Positions 1 to 13,523 of a stretch of 45,573 nt of DNA are shown one piece after another; positions within the stretch are counted from its first letter, which is position 1, and each line of letters opens with the position of its first letter. The notes under the pieces are model-generated. The model was given only the letters and a program-made list of their open reading frames with translations, had not been told where the DNA came from and did not search any database. The position numbers and the translations under genes were made by a program. Origin of the DNA: Octopus sinensis (taxonomy: Eukaryota); assembly GCF_006345805.1 (NCBI RefSeq), contig NW_021835206.1:1-45573 (forward strand). The letters are read 5' to 3'.

Positions 1-13
1 TCTATAATATATA

Positions 14-133
14 TAGAGACAGACACAGACAGAAACACAGATAAACAGAGTAAGGTGAAATATCTGCATATATTTCACCTTACTCTGTTTGTGTCTCAGG
101 CTGTCTGTCTGTTTATCTGTCTGTCTGTCTCTA
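14..133. repeat. Foldback: perfect 21-bp inverted repeat with imperfect (GACA)/(TGTC) outer arms
   Basis: 43-63 AAACAGAGTAAGGTGAAATAT and 70-90 ATATTTCACCTTACTCTGTTT are exact reverse complements around a 6-nt spacer CTGCAT. Confidence 0.85.
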
Positions 134-410
134 TCTCCCCCCCCCCCATACACACATACACACACGCAATCCTACACACTTAATCTCACTTATTCTCTAT
201 ATACATTAATACATACGCACACTCACGTACGTCTGCACGCGCCAATATGCTTCAATAGCTCATTATCTGTATCGATCAATATATGTATCGATCCATCTAA
301 TATTTATTGCGTCTATGTACCTGCACAAACACGAATATGTGAATTGCTTGTACATACACAAATACACAGATGTATATGCTGAATTACATGTATATATATT
401 TATATTTATA

Positions 411-710
411 CTAGCAGTATCGCCCGGCGTTGCTCGGGTTTGTAAGGGAAATAACTATATAAGCATTTTTAGAGAGTTATAGCCAAAAAATAGCAAAAAA
501 TGCATTAAAAATGGAAAAAATATGATGGTAAATTTTTTTTTAAATCGTAGACTCATCGTTGACGCGCGCTAATAGTCAGACGGGCTCGATATGAATCACG
601 ACTATAAGCTACCCGAATTTGGTTAAACTGCACCGCAAAATGTGGGAGTAGTTAGGAATCTAAATCGAAGGGGACAGACACTCACACAACTACAGTTTTA
701 TATATATAGA
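411..710 (-). mobile_element. Non-autonomous Helitron
   Basis: Minus strand reads A|TCTATATATATAAAACTG ... CCCGAGCAACGCCGGG (hairpin) CGATACTG CTAG|T. It has a 5' TC, a 3' hairpin plus CTAG, an A|T insertion site and no TSD. Confidence 0.85.
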
Positions 711-721
711 TATACATAGCG

Positions 722-1258
722 CAGTAGTGGTGAGATGTGACAGCAAAGAAAAGCATACATTCATTCTCTGCATGCAATTAGACTCGGAAAGTTCGTGAGG
801 AACCCATTGACCCAATTTGCTGACTTTTACGATAGCACACAGGTCTCAATGAATGGTTGAATGACCAAATCCAAGCTTCTCTGCTAGTTCCTCAACAGTT
901 ACGATGAGATTTTGTTCCACCATGGTTTTCAGGATGTCCTTGTCGAGTTCTACAGATCTTTCAGGATGAGGCTCGTCTTCTAGGCTGTAGTTTATGGCTC
1001 GGAATTTCTGGAACCACCATTGACACTGCCTTACGCTTATTGTCCAATCCCCATATACTGCATTAATATTTCTTGTACTTTCCGTTGCGTTGTTGTCTTT
1101 ATTGAACTCATAAAGCAAAATATGCCAAATATGCTCCTTTGTTACTTCCAATATAGCTTTGAAAAAAATAGCTGTTAAAATCGAAATGCACTCTTCAAAA
1201 CTTGCACTATGAATAAGGACAAGATAAAATTACTACCTGCTTTTATAGCAAGTTAATA
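722..1258 (-). mobile_element. Mariner transposase remnant (N-terminal HTH region to WVPHEL)
   Basis: ORF 846-1151 MEVTKEHIWHILLYEFNKDNNATESTRNINAVYGD...VEELAEKLGFGHSTIH is mariner-like. After a stop the frame continues VSKLGQWVPHELSE (about 790-810). Confidence 0.9.
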
Positions 1259-1284
1259 TAAGTAGAAACGTTTTGTACAAATAC

Positions 1285-1518
1285 CTATTTCTTTACTACC
1301 CACAAGGGGCTAAACACAGAGAGGACAAACAGGGACAGACAAACGGATTAAGTCGATTACATCGACCCAAGTGCGTAACTGGCATTTAATTTATCGACCC
1401 CCGAAAGGATGAAAGGCAAAGTCGACCTCGGCGGAATTTGAACTCAGAACGTAACGGCAGACGAAATACGGCTACGCATTTCGCCCGGCGTGCTAACGTT
1501 TCTGCCAGCTCGCCGCCT
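1285..1518 (-). mobile_element. tRNA-derived SINE, family B (GGCGGCGAGCTGGCAGAA head)
   Basis: A-box-like TGGCAGAAACGTTAG, B-box-like GAGTTCAAATTCC and tail GTGGGTAGTAAAGAAATAG. Five or more near-identical copies occur in the window. Confidence 0.85.
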
Positions 1519-1881
1519 GTACAGATACCAATTAAAGAATGGAAGAAAAAAATCGTTTATTGATGTAGAGTCCAGATATACTTCTATGAAATGTTCTTGG
1601 GTTACAATGAGTAACTGAGGGCGTAGAACTTGTGTATGGTTGGCAAATAACATCTCATGTTTAGAAAGGGATCTCATTTTCAGGCCGTTCCAGACTTATT
1701 CCAGGAAATCTTGGTTTATTAGGCTGGAACTTTCATTTCGTTCATATTATGATGTTGTTCTTAATAAAAGATGAGTTCTTCTGCAGCAAAGAGTTTCTAC
1801 TCTTCACGGAAGGTGTATTCCGCCTGGCACTTTTTTCTTTTTGCTTTTAAAAATATATATATATATATATACATATATATA

Positions 1882-2043
1882 ATGGGCTTCTTTCAGTTTC
1901 CGTCTTCCAAATCCACTCACAGGGATATGGTCGGCCCGAGGCTATAGTAGAAGACACTTACACAAGGTGCCACGCAGTGGAACTGAACCCGGAACTATGT
2001 GGTTGTTAAGCAAGCTACTTACCACACAGCCACTCCTGCGCCT
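1882..2043 (-). mobile_element. tRNA-derived SINE, family A (GCAGGAGTGGCTGTGTGGTAAG head), 5' part
   Basis: A-box GTGGCTGTGTGG and B-box GGTTCAGTTCC; homologous to other family A copies. Confidence 0.85.
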
Positions 2044-2430
2044 ATCTATTCATTTTTTTTTCAAGATGCTACAATAATTTACATAATTACTCTAAATTAA
2101 TTATTTTTCTAGTCAATAACTTCCTCACTATGTATTGCAATGTTTGGGTGGTAGACAATATTCTTAGTTTTTGGTGGGGCAACACAAAGAAGAAATTCCA
2201 GCAGCGGTGTCTGAGATCTGACATTACTGTTAAAGCTTTTACTGCTGCTAGCCACTCGACTACTGACCATTCTATGGCCATTTATCACTTTCTTACTGTC
2301 CATTAACCAACTGCTGTCATTCGATCTACTACTGTAGCTTTTGGCTATCTTGGAAAGTGTATTCCTCGGAAAATTTTCAGTCACCTGGATTTTAAAATTA
2401 TCACCTACAACTTACATCTACTTTAATCTA

Positions 2431-2587
2431 CAGGTGTGGCTGTGTGGTAAGAAGCTTGCTTTCCAAGCTCATGGTAACGAGTTCACTTCCACTGCGTGGC
2501 ACCTTGGGCGAATGTCTTCTAGTATAGCCTCGGGCTAGCCAAAACCTTCTGAGTGAATTTGATAGGCGGAAAAGGAAGAATCCCATC

Positions 2588-2635
<48 letters not shown>

Positions 2636-2671
2636 TTACATACATACATATATATATATATATAATATATA

Positions 2672-2733
<62 letters not shown>

Positions 2734-2734
2734 T

Positions 2735-2779
<45 letters not shown>

Positions 2780-3000
2780 TATTTGTGCGTGTGTGTGTTT
2801 GTACCCCCGCCATCACTTGACAACCGATGTTGGTGTGTTTATGCCCCCGTAACTTAGCGTTTCGGCAAGAGAAACTGATAGAATAAGTACTAGGTTTACA
2901 AAGAATAAGTCCTGGGGTCGATTTGTTCGATTAGCACCCTTTAAGGCGGTGCTCCAGCATGGCCGCAGTCATATGACTGAATCAACTAAAAGAATAAAAG
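2431..3000 (+). mobile_element. SINE family A with a large internal (TA)n expansion
   Basis: Head 2431-2580, (TA)n 2587-2780, 3' half ending GGTGCTCCAGCATGGCCGCAGTCATATGACTGA...TAAAAGAATAAAAG. Confidence 0.85.
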
Positions 3001-3189
3001 GATATATATGCACTCTTGCATGGTTACATACAAACACACACATATATATGTACACATTTATGCACCAACACACACAAATATACATACATACATACATACA
3101 TACATACATACATACATACTACATAACCCCGAGGACAAATAAAAAAAACCCACAATATAGTAGAAGCCATAGCCACTCGTAATAAAAAG

Positions 3190-3460
3190 GAATACTTGTG
3201 GAATGTCCCAGTGAAGACCCCAATAAAATGTAAGCATAACAGACCTGATATAATGATTTGGGATAGAGAAAAGAAACTGTGCAGAGTTGTGGAAATTAGC
3301 TGCCAAACGGATGTTAAGATAAAACAGAAGACCAGTGAACAAGAGAACACCTATGCTGAAGTATTGAGAAATCTGCTGTTACTCTATCCAGATTACAGGT
3401 TCAGGTTTATACCTGTAATTATTGGGACACTGAGATACGTAACACATATCCGAAGACTAC
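3190..3460 (+). mobile_element. Restriction-like endonuclease fragment of an R4/NeSL-type non-LTR retrotransposon
   Basis: WNVPVKTPIKCKHNRPDIMIWDREKKLCRVVEISC...FIPVIIGTL has an RPD..E motif and the PVIIG motif, and parallels the 14887 ORF C-terminus. Confidence 0.75.
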
Positions 3461-3900
3461 AGACCCAATCCATCACTGGAACTGTAAAAATCTGTAAAAC
3501 TTTCCAGAAATTTATCATTTAAATATATATGAGTATGCCTAGATATGCAACTATATGCATCAGAATACATACATAAAACATACAAATCTGGACGCACACG
3601 CAGACACACACACACACATACATACACACATACATACATACATACATACATACATACATACATACATACATACATACATACATACATAATACATACATAC
3701 ATACATACAAAAATATCCTGTTGTTGATGTTGAAATTCCAATGAAGGAGACTTCATTTTAAGAGCAAAAACTTATACGGGCCCTATATGGACCCTCGTTG
3801 AGAAGCACTGGTTAATTGTCACGGAACGATCTATACTTTCTGAGTGAATTTTGTAAACGGACACTATGCGGAAGCGCGTCATATATTCGTATACATGTAT

Positions 3901-4050
3901 GCGGCTGTGTGGTAAGAAGTTTGCTTCCCAATTACATGGTTCCGAGTTCAGTCCCACTGCGTGGAACGTTTGGCATGCGTCTTCTAATATTGCCTCGGGC
4001 CAACCGAAACCCTGTGGGTGGATTTGAGGCAATTATGCGGATAAACAAAT
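3901..4050 (+). mobile_element. SINE family A, 5' part
   Basis: GGCTGTGTGGTAAGAAGTTTGCTTCCCAA...GAGTTCAGTCCCACTGCGTGG matches the family A head. Confidence 0.8.
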
Positions 4051-4080
4051 TAGATATAATAATTCTCTTGTTTTGGCATG

Positions 4081-4112
<32 letters not shown>

Positions 4113-4444
4113 AACATACTTCATGCCCAAACTATTATATTATATTTAATATATTTAATTTGTTTATCCGCATAATTGCCTCTACATGTTCATATGTACG
4201 CATATCTCTAATCTAGTGATACTATGCCCTTGGGTAGGTGCTATGCATGTGTACATTCTCAAGCATTCTATTCGACTTTGGAGGGCCCGATTACTGGAAC
4301 TTTGGCAACCATGACAAGAGTTACGATGAATACTGGAATGGTTTCCCATTATTTCTCCAGGCAGCATTCGAACTCAGGATGTTGAGAGCCGGAAGATATA
4401 CTGTAAAGCATTGCTCTGTCACTCTCACACCCACATAGCAATGT

Positions 4445-4548
4445 GATATGAAATATTTTGCTCAAGAATACAAGGCGCCACCCGATCTGAAAATCGAACC
4501 CACGATCTAGCGATCGTGAGTGTTAATACCCTATCCACTAGGCCAAGT
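4445..4548 (-). mobile_element. tRNA-derived SINE head, family C-like
   Basis: The minus strand has TGGCCTAGTGG (A box) and GGGTTCGATT (B box) followed by TTGAGCAAAATATTTCAT; similar to 25845-26160. Confidence 0.6.
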
Positions 4549-4563
4549 ACTTTCACGTGTGTT

Positions 4564-4613
<50 letters not shown>

Positions 4614-5062
4614 TGTGTGTGTGAGTATACTTACATATATATATACATACGTACATGCTTACATACATGGCTAACAGAGTGAAGAAAGTAGACTGTTTAT
4701 CTTGAAGAAAATCAATCGTAAAAACCGAAATTCAAGAGTTAAATATAATACCATATATACAAGCAAACATACAAGCAAATATACATACATATATACATAC
4801 ATACATACACACATACATGCATACACACATACATACATAATACATACATACATACATACATACATACATACATACATGGTGGCTGCCCCCTCGTTATCGA
4901 GTATGTCCATTGCACGAAGCTTAATCAATGTTGTTATCGTGCAATGCCTATGCAAGAAGATTTATTTTAAAGTGAAGAAAGGCTGTGTACTGAGTCAATC
5001 CCACTCACTAAGCAACAGTAGCCATAATCCGAAAAGAAGAACAAGTCAACATCATCGGTAAC

Positions 5063-5400
5063 CACTGAGCCGCAGGTTTTATGTCGGAGTTATCCCAGTT
5101 ACCTGAGTTACCTTCTCCTAGAGGGATGCCCTAACAAAGGCTAGGAGTCCGTCACTCCCAATGGTTTAACCGCGCGATCGGGTATTCAGTCCGATTATTT
5201 CTATGTCCCCGCGCATGATACAGCCTTAAGAAATTTATTGGATGGCCGTTGACTCTCAAAAGTTCCTCCGCCCTTTGACGGGTTTTGTCTTTCATCCCGC
5301 AGGGTGTCCAATAAACACCCTCCTCACCAAGCAAGCTTGGTGAGGTTGCCGGTTTAGTCGCCAACAGGTTGTACTGGGTTACATGTTACCAGTAGCAATC
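5063..5400 (-). mobile_element. Probable RTE-clade LINE 5' UTR fragment
   Basis: Minus strand contains ...CCCTCTAGGAGAAGGTAACTC..., resembling from recall the CTAGGAGAAGGAAAACTC motif of RTE 5' UTRs. It includes a perfect hairpin CCTCACCAAGC-AA-GCTTGGTGAGG. Confidence 0.45.
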
Positions 5401-6789
5401 GAAAGTGACCTGACATACATACATACATATATATATACACACATACACACACACACATATATATATATAAACAATTGCAGCGTAGAAGGTGTTTATAAGC
5501 CATTTAAGAAAAACACAAAAACCGTTAGATTCACTTCAACATTTAAATGTTTTCGTTCCAGCACACCATCTCAGATCAAGTCACTCGCTATGCAAGTACA
5601 TCTCCGTATATATATATATATATATAAAATGTTAGTATGTATGTATTTATATATTTGTCAATTATCAGTGTCAGCCATAGACTGTAACCATGTTGTACGT
5701 ACCAGCATATGAAAATGTAACCATTGGCCAGTATAAGGCACAAACCGACGGCATTCGTGTTAACTGATTAATATTTTACTAGAGTAGCCGAGCCGTCAAT
5801 AATGACGGAGTTATTGTTGGAAAAGTTAGTCCTGAAAACAGAAACTGAAGAAGTAAATTAAAATACCAAAAATGACAGGAAAATATGAAAATTATATTTA
5901 TTACTCCTAAAATACTATACACGTGTGATTCACTGGAGAGGTTCACGAAGAACAACATTTCTTGTGAAGATATGAGGAGGTGAATTTTCAGTCTGTAATT
6001 TCAGTGTTTCTAACCTCACTCTAACTCTAAGCCTAACTCAGATCAGATCATTTCACAGTGTACACAAGAGATAGAGTTAGGTTAGAAACGCTTTGAAATT
6101 AAAGACAGCGCACTGACGTAGCATCGAGACTTCTTGTGGCTGCTGCTGCTGCCATGCCGGGAGAATCATCTGGATTTATGAATGATAAAACATTGTAAGA
6201 CAATTATGATAGCAAGATAAACTTCCGATGATAAAGAAATAAAGAGAACGGCTCCAGCAAGTGAGTGGAGACCTTCTCTGAAAGTTTAGTGAGATTTTTA
6301 TTGGACATAGTGGTAAAAAAACAAATTAAAAATAAGTGCCATTGTTCTATAGTACGGATGCAACTTTCCTCAAAAGAACCGTTCGGGCTACAATAATGAT
6401 GAAGAAATCTCTTTATAAATGTTGCGATGCATGGCAAATCGTCAAAATTTATGAATATTAAAACATTATTTTAACATTAAGAAAGCAGAATGAACTTTCA
6501 AAAAAAAAAAACAAAACAAAAAAAAAACAAAAAAAAAACAAACAGAGTAACTAAACTGTGACGCTGTTGTAAGTAAGAAAGTAGAAACTCTGTTGGTTAA
6601 TTCAGGAAACTTCAAACTATTTCATTAAGCATTATGAGACGAATATAGAAAATGAACAGAACGATTTCAACTCGTGTCGAATGATTTAGAAAGTAAATTT
6701 TATAATTCAATAGCATCAAACGCTTAACTGTTACTCACAAAAGAAGTGTATGTATAAATACACGAAGCGTATTATATATTTACATATAT

Positions 6790-6990
6790 AGGGAGAGTTC
6801 ACGAAAAAAACAAAAGACGAAGACAGGTGGTGTACAAAACAAACATATGTATTAGTATAACGCTCAGGAATAGAAAAAGTCTTTTACGTTTCGAGCTTAC
6901 GCTCTTCTACAGAAAGGTACACAGAACGAAACAAGGAGAGAAAAAAATGTGTGCAGTGGCTAACGATCTATCATGGCGACTATACACCCT
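6790..6990 (-). mobile_element. Penelope-like element terminal remnant
   Basis: Carries the CTG..GAAGAGC-GTAA-GCTCGAAACGT hammerhead motif typical of PLE termini. Confidence 0.6.
6881..6916 (-). ncRNA. Minimal type I hammerhead ribozyme fold with a core substitution (A6>U)
   Basis: CUUU-CUGUAGA-A-GAGC GUAA GCUC-GAAA-CGU-A-AAAG: helix I CUUU/AAAG, helix II GAGC/GCUC and palindromic ACGU helix III. Confidence 0.7.
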
Positions 6991-7060
6991 CTTTATAATG
7001 TTGGCAAATGAAATAGGGATAAGAATGTGCATTGTCCGTTTAATTGGAAAATTCTATATG

Positions 7061-7146
7061 TGGCTGAAGATTGCTCGACATTTTAAAACCAATGTAATAC
7101 TTACAGTGTTTAATAAAATGAAGTAGCATGAAACAATTGTACTACT
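7061..7146 (+). ncRNA. Degenerate type I hammerhead ribozyme fold
   Basis: CUGAAGA (7064-7070), UGCU/AGCA helix II, GAAA (7130-7133), palindrome ACAAUUGU, then A7141; helix I is decayed. Confidence 0.5.
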
Positions 7147-7488
7147 CTACCTTGGATATCCTTGTTGCTTATTTTGATTATAATCACCCCATTTGATTTA
7201 TATGGATAATACCATACCAAATTCTGGTACCTTTAACTTAAGTACCATATTCATCTGAATTTAAATTTTGCTGAACTTATATATATATATATTCATTATT
7301 TTCGCAAAAACCTCAAACCTCGTCACACAGACAGATTATCAAAAAACAAGGCAATGAACGCAGTCTTACAAATTTTTAGCAATTATCCCGCCATAATCCC
7401 CAATTATATTTGCTAAAATATGTTTTGTAAATGTGTGTGTGTGTGTGTAGTGCAAGCTTTTTGCTTTTAATGTGTTTAGTCATGTACA

Positions 7489-7564
<76 letters not shown>
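7489..7564 (+). repeat. (TATC)n microsatellite
   Basis: About 19 units directly abutting the 5'-truncated Tx1-like copy. Confidence 0.95.
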
Positions 7565-7567
<3 letters not shown>

Positions 7568-8090
7568 AATATCGTCACGCCTCCTTCCTTCAAACGGGCT
7601 ATGGCGAAAGAATGTATCTGGTGGACGCGCCTGAAAGGATTAGAGACAAACACTTTCCTCCCTGGTCAATCTCTCATCAACTTCTTCAAGTATCACTTGA
7701 AGAGGAAAGTGAGAGTAGAGAGGCAAGTGTTGTCTAGTGAATGTTTAAAAAAAAGATGGGTGAATGTAGCAAGGATGGCACGTATGAATGACGAAGCCAC
7801 CTTGACTATGATTCTATGAACCGTAAAAATTATACAGAAAGTTGCTTCTTTGTAAAAAAAAATGTAACATGTGATTTCACTGACCGAGGTCACCGTGGTC
7901 TTTTCCGTAGGCTTTTCTTTCCAGGGGTAAACCTCACCTGTCCTCCCCTTTACACTTTATATTGACATTTCTGTGATAACGATCCCTATTGATCGATTTT
8001 TTTCTTTTTCCTTTTATTTTTATCCCCCCCCCCCTTTTTTTGCTTTCCTCTTTCTTTCCTTTTACGATCCCTTTTGATCGAAAACCAAAC
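7565..8090 (+). mobile_element. Tx1/L1-clade retrotransposon, 5'-truncated 3' end (ORF2 C-terminus and 3' UTR)
   Basis: NIVTPPSFKR-AMAKECIWWTRLKGLETNTFLPGQSLINFFKYHL...TLTMIL* (stop 7819); highly similar to 40193-40845 reverse-complemented, with a 30-bp in-frame deletion. Confidence 0.85.
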
Positions 8091-8117
8091 CCCCTTTTAT
8101 TATCAAACCCCCTTTTA

Positions 8118-8288
8118 TTAAGTCGATTACATCGACCCCAGTGCGAAATTGGTACTTTATTTATCGACCCCGAAAGGATGAAAGGCAAAGTCGACCTCGG
8201 CGAAATTTGAACTCAGAACGTAACGGCAGACGAAATACGGCTACGCATTTCGCCCGGCGTGCTAACGTTTCTGCCAGCTCACCGCCTT
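8118..8288 (-). mobile_element. SINE family B, 3'-truncated
   Basis: Homologous to 1285-1518; interrupts the Tx1-like 3' UTR. Confidence 0.85.
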
Positions 8289-8413
8289 AAATATTTTATA
8301 GATGTACGTATATATATACATATGTGTATACATGTGCGTGTGTATTATATATATCAAGGGAGAAAAAGGAAAGAGACAAAGAGACAGATTGATATAAGAT
8401 ACAAAGGCACAGG

Positions 8414-8800
8414 CATAGGCGAGATCATGTAGTTAAGAAGCTTACATTGCAGCCGTGTATTTTCGGGTTCGCTCCCGCTGCGTGTTACTTTCGGGTAAGT
8501 GTCTCCTATTTAAGATTCAAGCCGATGAAAGCCTTGTGAATGAATTTGCTAGGATGGAACTTTATGGAAGTTCGTCGTTGATATATATATATATATGTTT
8601 GAGTTTGTTTCCCCAAACCGCTTAACAGCTGGTAATGGTTTGTTTACTTCCACGTTCGATGTGGGGTGAGGGAGAAAAAGCGATTATAACAAGGACCACA
8701 TTTTAAAAATAAGTACTGGGATCGATTTGTTCCAGTAAAGCCCTTGGTGGCTGTGCTCCAGTATGGTCGCAATCTACTATCTGAAACAAGTAAAGGTTGA
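8414..8800 (+). mobile_element. Diverged SINE family A
   Basis: Head ...TGTAGTTAAGAAGCTT...GGGTTCGCTCCC and tail GGCTGTGCTCCAGTATGGTCGCAATC...CTGAAACAAGTAAAG. Confidence 0.65.
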
Positions 8801-8802
8801 AA

Positions 8803-8876
<74 letters not shown>

Positions 8877-9061
8877 CATGTGTAGGGTCCAGTAGTTCTA
8901 AATTTTACTGCACATGGTAGAAGACAACTACATAACTAAGAGGCATTGTGGAATCGAACCTGGGGCCACTTAGTTGTTTACTAACCTTCTTACACCCGCA
9001 ATCATAATACGTGCACTCTTTGATCAAAGTTGCTCCAGCTATCCCAGCTTTTTGGTTTCTG

Positions 9062-9099
<38 letters not shown>

Positions 9100-9147
9100 C
9101 GTGTTTGTGTGAGTATGTATGTGTGCATATATATGTATATGTATATA

Positions 9148-9356
9148 CTCTTACTCTTTTACTTGTTTCAGTCATTTGACTGCGGTCATGCTGGAGCACT
9201 GCCTTTAGTCGAGCAAATCGACCCTCAGGACTTATTCAAGGCTTTGGTCGGCCGGGGCTATAATAGAAGTCACTTCCCCAAAGTGCCATGCAGTGGTACT
9301 GAACCCTGAACCGTGTGGCTGGTAAGCAAGCTACTTACCACACAGCCACTCCTGCG

Positions 9357-9359
<3 letters not shown>
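9148..9359 (-). mobile_element. SINE family A with internal deletion (inverted twin of 14528-14742)
   Basis: Shares the GCCTTG|AATAAGTCCTG deletion junction and private substitutions with the 14528 copy. Confidence 0.9.
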
Positions 9360-9392
<33 letters not shown>

Positions 9393-9399
<7 letters not shown>

Positions 9400-9510
9400 A
9401 TCACGTGACCGACCAGACCATCAGATGTTGTTACACATCGCTGGTCACAATGCGTTCGCATTGTTTTAGCCTTCGAATGACGCCACCCCGCTGGCTAAGC
9501 GAGCAGGCCA
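9393..9510. repeat. Unclassified short interspersed repeat in (TA)n, starting with palindrome TCACGTGATCACGTGA
   Basis: GC-richer island of about 120 bp flanked on both sides by (TA)n; recalled as a common octopus repeat, not verified. Confidence 0.45.
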
Positions 9511-10252
9511 ATATATATATAGATATATATATATAATAATAAATATTAGGGAATAAATCCAAATTTACAGGGAAAAAATCAGATTTAGGATTAAATCCAA
9601 TTTTATAGTAAAATATAGTTATTTATTAAAATTTTATGTATTGATTAAGTCTTTCCTTGTTTGTTTTGCAAAATAGTGGTTTTGTCTCTAATAATATTTT
9701 ATATATATATATATATATGCATGCATGTATGTATGTATGTATGTATCTATGTATACACACACACACACATATATATATTATACACCCACATATATATATT
9801 ATACGCCCACACACCCACATAGTATATTTAGGACAAAATTGTTTAATGAGTGCTTCCTTTTTGCAAACAGTCGGTTAGAAGCGGAGATAATGAGATTGAA
9901 GTAAAACATTAAATGCCACCAAACTTTCAGTTTCAATTTATTTTATTTTAGTTTAGTTTCTTAACTTTAAATGTTTGTTGCTGACAAAATGACATTTCTA
10001 CACAATGGTTTAGAAGGTTCGACATCCGTAATATGAGTCAAGCAGTCAATGAATGTAGGGGGATGAGTGAGTGACAGCCTGATTGCACGGCTGTTGGGAA
10101 AGTTGGAAACAGTTCTGCAAAAAAAAAAATAATAATAATTATAAGCAAGAAAAAAAGGAAAAAAAGGAAAAAGTGTACTGAAGGACAAAATAGCAAGAGA
10201 GAAGAAAACCACTGGTAATAGCATTAATAATAAATATGTGGGTGTGTGGGTG

Positions 10253-10329
<77 letters not shown>

Positions 10330-10344
10330 TGAGTCCATTTTTTA

Positions 10345-10375
<31 letters not shown>

Positions 10376-11519
10376 CTTCTCTATATATAAAACTGAAATG
10401 CGTTTTTACCGCTTGGCTCGCTTTCAATGCCACTACGTCCCGTCCGATTCGCTCCAAAATTTACAGGGATATGTAGAATGAGGTGACGATGCCGGTGGGT
10501 TACCTTAGAAATCCCTATCATAAAAGGTGTGATTGCTAGGGGCCATCTTCCTCACTCACGCTATTTCCTACATTCCCCTCTAACTCCCCTTTATTTATAA
10601 CTTTGACAAATCCACTCCCGTTATTTAATGTAAAGTTCGTCAGACGGCGTTCATTGATGTATCTGTCTGCATTCATAGGGAGAATTATCATCGCCACATG
10701 TCACCATCAACACACAATCACGAGAACAAATATTATGAATCAGATATTCATTGCGTTCATTTATATATGTGTGTGTGTGTGTGTTCGATATATAAATATG
10801 TATATATAATGTATATATACAAAGTGTATATATCTGTATTTATGTATATTAAACTTTTTAATACTTTTTGATAGTTATATATATTTTAAAACAAATTGGT
10901 GATAACGTAGGTTTTTCGTATCTATTACATTTTAACATTTATTTAGAACCCTGCAAATTTTTCGTGCTAAATTTTCATTTTTAACTACTTTATTATTTTT
11001 TCTTAAATTGATGCTTTTATTAAAATTAAGGCACTGTCATGCTATTAGCTGTCAGAAGTGAAAGTACGTCAACTTCGTGTATTTACGTCAGGTTTATACC
11101 TTCGTTAATTTACGCCGTTTATTTACGTACCACCATGCTGTTAGGTTTATAAAACAATTGAAGTTCAGTTTAAAGTTTATAAATAAATACATTTAATTCT
11201 CCATTATAGTAATATTTGTCTGTTGAAATCCGTTTTAAGGCGGTCAATAGTTTAATTAAAGATGTATCTATACATGTATATATATATATACATACATATG
11301 TATATATACATGTGTATACATATATATACATGTGTAATGTATACACATGTATATTTCTAAGGTAGCCCATATAAAATTGAAAAATTTAAATTATTTAAAT
11401 TTTTGATTGGTGTATGTGATCGCGGTGGTGGTGGTCATTTGTGCAGATTTGGAGTGATTTCTTTTTTAAAAACAATAATGAATAATGCAAGAATATATTT
11501 ATTTATAAAGTTTAAACAG

Positions 11520-12715
<1,196 letters not shown>

Positions 12716-12950
12716 TGTTCATTATGTGGTCGGTCGGTTCAGCTGAAAATATGCACACCTATGTTAAAAGTGCTGGCAAGTTTGCATGACAACTATTTTT
12801 TTCCTCAAATGAAAGGCGTGACCTCTAGGACAAAAACCTCATCTTATAAAATGTGACCCCAGTACACCCGAATGAAATCGGGTTATATTAACCAAAATGT
12901 GAAAAGGGGTCTAAATGGGGCTGGAAGGGGATTAAAATTTAAATGAGCGA

Positions 12951-13240
12951 GTGTTTAGGAATTCTCTGTTACATCAAGCTAAAAAATTTGCGCCAGCCTT
13001 TTAATCGTCAATGTGTTGCCGTCCACGATGAAGAAGTTTTGAATGCTTGCTATGGTGAGTCTACTGTCGTGAGAAAGAATCACTTCAAAACTTGGTGTTT
13101 ACGAATTTTCTTTTACATCAAGTTCAAAATTTTACGCCAGTCGTTAAACTGTCAATACGTTGCTGTTCGTCGTTAAGAAATGCCAGCCATGGTGACTCTA
13201 CTATCCTCAGATTCAATCCCTTCAAACTTTGGTCTCCAAT
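12951..13240 (+). repeat. Diverged tandem repeat, two units of about 144 bp
   Basis: GTGTTTAGGAATTCTCTGTTACATCAAG (12951) vs GTGTTTACGAATTTTCTTTTACATCAAG (13095); downstream ATGGTGAGTCTACT vs ATGGTGACTCTACT. Confidence 0.75.
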
Positions 13241-13523
13241 ATTTTATTATTTTTATTCAGCTCGCAAGTTCGTCTGTCCCTTTTAAATGTTAGCGTTTTG
13301 CTGTCTGCCTTGAAGCAGACCTTTCCGTTGCCACTGCCTGATATTTATGATTGATCTTTCTAAATATTTTATTTCTCAACTTACTCAAGATCTTTTGTTG
13401 TTTATAAATGGGAGAGAGATAGATAAAGATAGAGAGTAATAGAAAGCGAGGGAGAGTCCGAGTGAAAGAAAAGTAAGAGAGTGGGAAAGTGAGAGAGAAA
13501 GGAGAGAGAAACAAAGAGGGAGA

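Noticed and set aside
1285-1518. A- and B-box-containing heads as tRNA genes
   Set aside because: They lack a complete cloverleaf and are fused to repeated SINE bodies.
2553-2852. ORFs reading YIYIYI, HTHT, MYVC, IYLS and similar, here and throughout the window
   Set aside because: These are translations of (TA)n, (CA)n, (TACA)n and (TATC)n microsatellites with no coding signature.
4182-4438. ORFs 4238-4438 (+) and 4182-4367 (-) as a host exon
   Set aside because: No recognisable domain or splice context. A third frame on the minus strand (WETIPVFIVTLVMVAK) faintly resembles the R4 endonuclease C-terminus but is too weak to call.
5990-6107. Imperfect inverted repeat (GTCTGTAATTTCAGTGTTTCTAACCT / AGGTTAGAAACGCTTTGAAATTAAAGAC)
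   Set aside because: Real but degenerate, with no TSD or family assignment; probably an old MITE remnant.
10376-10560. TCTCTATATATAAAACTG Helitron-like 5' end
   Set aside because: I found no matching hairpin plus CTAG|T 3' end downstream.
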